Part shown: positions 59,677 through 64,000 of the stretch, one piece after another
Numbering within the stretch: position 1 is the first letter of the stretch
Layout: the number at the start of each line of letters is the position of its first letter
Origin: Convolutriloba macropyga
Taxonomy: Eukaryota
NCBI RefSeq assembly: GCF_964194025.1
Contig: NC_134471.1
Coordinates: 65,162,001 to 65,226,000 of the forward strand
Direction: 5' to 3'
DNA: 64,000 nt
Notes under the pieces: generated by a model
What the model saw: the letters and a program-made list of their open reading frames with translations, nothing else
Told to the model about the DNA's origin: nothing
Database searches by the model: none
Program-made: the position numbers and the translations under genes

Positions 59677-61711
59677 GTGAGCTGTTTTTAGTGTATACTC
59701 TGTATTCGCATGTAGACTAGTTCAAGTGTGCTAGTGACACGTTCAGACATCTTCAAGAGCCATTCACTTTAAACTCCGAGGGTATCTTTCCTAACGTCTA
59801 ATGCCTATTAATTTGCTAGTGCAAGTTTAGCTTCGGGTCAAACAGAGGTTTTCAGTCAAGTTTTTGACGCTGGGTCCCCTATCCGTGAGTTGTAAGCCTA
59901 CCCATTTTTTTTAAAGTGTTTGTTAAAATCACCTGTCTGATTTCAAATATCTGTTGTATATCCAGACAATCTGATCTCATCCAGGCTCTCCGAAGCAATC
60001 CACTTCGGTAGTGAATACAGATTTTCCTTAAAAGCATAAGCTTCAATTATCTGATGTACATACGCCAGCTGCATACCGACAAATTTGAGCGTTTTGAAAT
60101 TCCACAGTGCAAAATTACAATTCATTGTTTTGTCAATCCAACAAAACAATGGTAGCCAACCTAGCGCTTTTCTTCGTGGTTGGATTCACAAGGAAGATGT
60201 ACAGGTTTCCAATGACAACTTATGGTTCATGTGACAATTTTATTAATTTGACTAAGAAAATTCTCTAATCGCTTTGCAAAATGTCCTATCCTCAAATATT
60301 TGATCAAAATTTTAAACCACCTCCTTCCGATTTGAAAGCTGAGAGAAAAATGCGGACATCGAATGTCTGTTTATTGTTAATCAATAAAAAAAGATGCACA
60401 CTATTATGCAGTCTTGTGCTTCTTTAACTTTGATGTCTGTTGCATTGAGGATTTTCGAATTTCTTCAATAATAAGTTGCGACCATTTGTCGTAGAATTTG
60501 ACATATTTTGGATCACAATTGTCTGAAGCTAAGAAAAAATAAGGCTTTCAGTTAGCATTACCTAATTGTTAATGGTTAATGGTTTTTTTAATGAAAGCCA
60601 ATGCAAGTTTGTGAAAGCCAATGCAGGGTCGTGGATGTTTCAATGCACGTTCCAAATTGGTTCGGATTTTAAGTTTCTGAAGTTTGCTTTTGTAACTGTA
60701 TATCTGGTATATTTTAACCGTTGCATTACAAATTCGTTTTCTAATTTGTTGCTTAGCTTAGTTGTTCAAAATCAAATTGTTTTGGGTTTGCTACAGATCA
60801 CACAATACGGGATCTCTTTGTGTATACCAGTTCAATCTGATAAGGGAACACATTGAAAGCAAAGGTATATGCTTACGACCGTATATGTTGCAAAAAGGTT
60901 TTAACTTAAACTGAAGTTGGATTTCTCTATGTAGTCGTGGGCTGAAATATCAGAAACTGGGTCAGTAATAGTTCAATTACGGCACAAGCAAAATTTATAT
61001 ATGACACAGTAACAAATAATTACGTAGTTATTGTTGGCACCTAATTGTTCTATTCAATTTTTCATGTGTTATTGCTTTGTAAGATTTGCATGACAAGGAT
61101 GTCTCGTTTAGTCAGGTTTAAACTGCCAAAACGATTAGCTGAGCGCACTGAAATAAGAGCTTAACCAATTTTAGCTGCAATACTGAAATAAGTCCATCAT
61201 TGGCGACAAAGCCTTGATGCACATGAAGAGAAATACATTTTCTTTTATTTTGATGAATGTATTTTGGAGTAAAATAAGTTTCCAGTAATTCTGCGGGGCG
61301 ATTTCTATAAAGCAAGTTGTCATCGGATTTAAGAAACTACCATTGGAGTTGAGTCTATCTAGTTATGAGAGCTGTTGCGAGGAACTTCAATAGGTAGTGG
61401 TTTACTCAAATTGATGCTAATATGAAAATTGTCAAATGTTTTCAATCCGGACAATTGTACCTTGCACAAGTTTGATTGTCATACAGTGAGAGTATGTCGT
61501 TGTCTTTGAAACCATTCTTAATATCTATACTAATGTAATCAACTGTGGCGAAATCCATCTTAAGGTTCAGGCGTCTTCTTCGCGTCCACGGCTGACCTTA
61601 TTTTTTTTGCTTCAGGCACAGTTTAAAACAAATCTAGAAACTACGTATGAAAAAGATGGCCTTGAGGTACTTGTTATCAATAGATTAATTGACACGGTGT
61701 TGTTGTTTTAG

Positions 61712-61819
61712 ACATTGCCTTGCATAAAACGTATGCATTCGTAGACTTCGACTCAAAAGACGCTGCGGATGATGCCATTCGGGTGAAGCACCATTCTCTC
61801 TTCCGAGGAAAACCACTGA
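61712..61819 (+). CDS. SR-like RRM protein, second coding exon (RNP1)
   Basis: ttttag|..(H)IALHKTYAFVDFDSKDAADDAIRVKHHSLFRGKPL+A|gtaaga; phase-compatible with exon 1. Confidence 0.85.
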
Positions 61820-63501
61820 GTAAGAAGATCACAATATCGCCACCAACAATCAGTTTCCACAATGTATCAATTCTAATTCTAGTTATCATGACCAAGGTTC
61901 CTTGTATATTGTTGAATTTGGCTACCACTGTTCCCTGAAACCAGTACTAAAGTATCCACTTAGTCCAGAATATATCTCCCTTTTCAGTACTATGAAACTT
62001 TCTTGCATAATGTGATCTCGAACGGCAAAACTTGACCCCACAGTCCTCAAATGAGTTCATACCTCCTGATGTCTTTCTAGAAATTCACTAAGGCCTGGCT
62101 GCTCATTTCAGTGTTCGAAGTCCGTGAGCCAAGAGTTGTTATTTTAGGAAAACAATCAGCTGCTTTAATCTGCTGGAAGTAATCATAGACTATGCTGCAG
62201 CTATATCGATCCATATACGTGAGCCACAATTTGCAGCTATTTGTTCTTGAAAAAGACCTGCCTTATTGATAATTTTCGTCATATCAAGCTATTTCAGTAA
62301 ATACATAATCAGTGGTTTATTATCCTTAACCGAGAGTGGTTGGGTACAAAAAGTTAATGCATTGATTATCTACCACTTCTGAACGAGAAAAACAAATGAG
62401 TATAAAAATAAACAACTCATATTTTTTCACATGAACCTGCATCCTTGAGAGAAAAAAAGTGAAGCTCTCATTCACATGAACCTCTCATTACAACCTCTAT
62501 TTTGAATGCAAGGTTGTAATTTCCGCTGTTAACCCATTTAGTGATCAAATATAATAGACAATCTACATATTGTGGCAGAACTCTGACTTAGGATTTTCTC
62601 TTGAATGGGCGATTACGAATCGATTTCCTGGCCCAGCTAGAGAAAAGAACATGGAAATTATCCCTCTTTCACAATCCGTAAAGTGTTCATAGGTCACCTC
62701 TATGATCAGAGGCCTTCATGCTCGTATTTCTGGTGAACAAAGCTAAATCTTATTGAACCGAATGTGTTGATCCTTTTATTCCAGTTAGTACAATTGTGGG
62801 TTTCGTAAAGATTCCCGGTAACCGAAGCATATAAATTACCTCAGGAGCAACACACATGCTAGCATACAATCGAACAGCTTGAAAAAAAGTCAATTGCTTT
62901 GGAGATGTTTAAAATTAGAGGATCTTTTTTGCGTTTGCAAGGTTGTGGTGATTAAACAACATTGTAGGAAATAAAAATAAAAATCAGGAATTAGTTTAAG
63001 GATGTAGTCTTTATTAATCGCCGCACAGCGATAGCTGGGCTATTATTGGCCTTCTCTCGGTTTTTACGACTCGAAGAGGAGTATTGAGATTCGACAAGTT
63101 TTTTTTTTAGCAGAAAGCAAGTTTGTTCATGACTTGAATTTTGACTTCTTTCTATTCGAGCTTTTACCTGTTTTTGATTGTTGACTTCTGTTTTCATTGG
63201 ACTTTAACAATAGCTTAATTTCTAATGTATAGCAATTGGTAACAGTCTNNNNNNNNNNNNNNNNNNNNNNNNNNNNNNNNNNNNNNNNNNNNNNNNNNNN
63301 NNNNNNNNNNNNNNNNNNNNNNNNNNNNNNNNNNNNNNNNNNNNNNNNNNNNNNNNNNNNNNNNNNNNNNNNNNNNNNNNNNNNNNNNNNNNNNNNNNNN
63401 NNNNNNNNNNNNNNNNNNNNNNNNNNNNNNNNNNNNNNNNNNNNNNNNGTTTGAGAGCAATTCGCCCGACGTTAGTCGGTTATGTTTATTTTATAATGCA
63501 G

Positions 63502-63702
63502 AGCTCAAGAGATGGAAAAACGGAAGATAGAGATGATGGAAATGGAGAGAGCAGCTTCATCAATGGGTGGTCCTCCACCTGGCAGACAGCAACAGCACCC
63601 CAGACCTCCCTCACCACTTGGTGGGCATCCGCCTTCCCATCAAGGCAGACACGAGAACCCTCCTCAACACCATTTTGACGCCAGAGATCATGACTTCGAA
63701 CC
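63502..63702 (+). CDS. Probable downstream exon of the RRM gene (Pro/His/Gln-rich)
   Basis: tgcag|A GCT CAA GAG..AQEMEKRKIEMMEMER..HDFEP|gtaagt. A preceding low-complexity exon is probably masked at 63249-63448, and a possible last exon lies at 63881-63902 (QSVKVS*). Confidence 0.6.
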
Positions 63703-64000
63703 GTAAGTCTACTTGTGACTGTGTCTGACCTAGTTGAGGTATGTAAAGAGGTCTTGTACAGTGTCATCAGGGTACGGCTACTTGGGAATCGAGGAAACTT
63801 TGTTAACTTAAAATTACGAATGCAATATAAGATATGGGTCACTTTTTTATATATGTACGTAAATCAATTTTTCTGTTCAGTCAATCCGTCAAAGTTAGCT
63901 GACAGGATCCAATACCATCAAGAAATTCAGCCTTTTTTTGGAAAAGTTGATGCCCATTTCAGGCCCGCTCCTAAGAGACGTGCAACTTCTAGTGTGGCAT

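Overview
AT-rich eukaryotic (intron-containing, probably invertebrate animal) genomic DNA that is mostly nested mobile DNA, with host genes only in the last ~8 kb. From left to right: (1) the right arm of an apparently young Polinton/Maverick (intact protein-primed PolB C-terminus, a tRNA-like Pol III unit, a 56-bp subterminal repeat, ...ACTACT terminus at 3018); (2) a decayed Ty3/Gypsy element with a complete 3' LTR; (3) a much older Polinton relic; (4) two related foldback MITEs; (5) an ~11-kb head-to-tail array of ~1.45-kb Penelope-like 3' fragments, each with a hammerhead-ribozyme relic; (6) a CR1-like LINE split by a BEL/Pao LTR element; (7) a near-intact RTE LINE with an HDV-like ribozyme at its 5' end and two zinc fingers inserted inside its RT domain; (8) a recent 3.7-kb tandem duplication inside an older duplication, which together left two 5' pseudogene fragments of PITRM1; (9) a second CR1-like copy split by a TSD-flanked Penelope composite with two minimal hammerheads; (10) an intronless presequence protease gene (PITRM1); and (11) a spliced SR-like RRM gene with a candidate poison exon. 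N runs recur at equivalent positions of duplicated segments with different lengths, so many are probably masked tandem repeats rather than true gaps. All calls come from manual motif reading; the boundaries of decayed elements are approximate.
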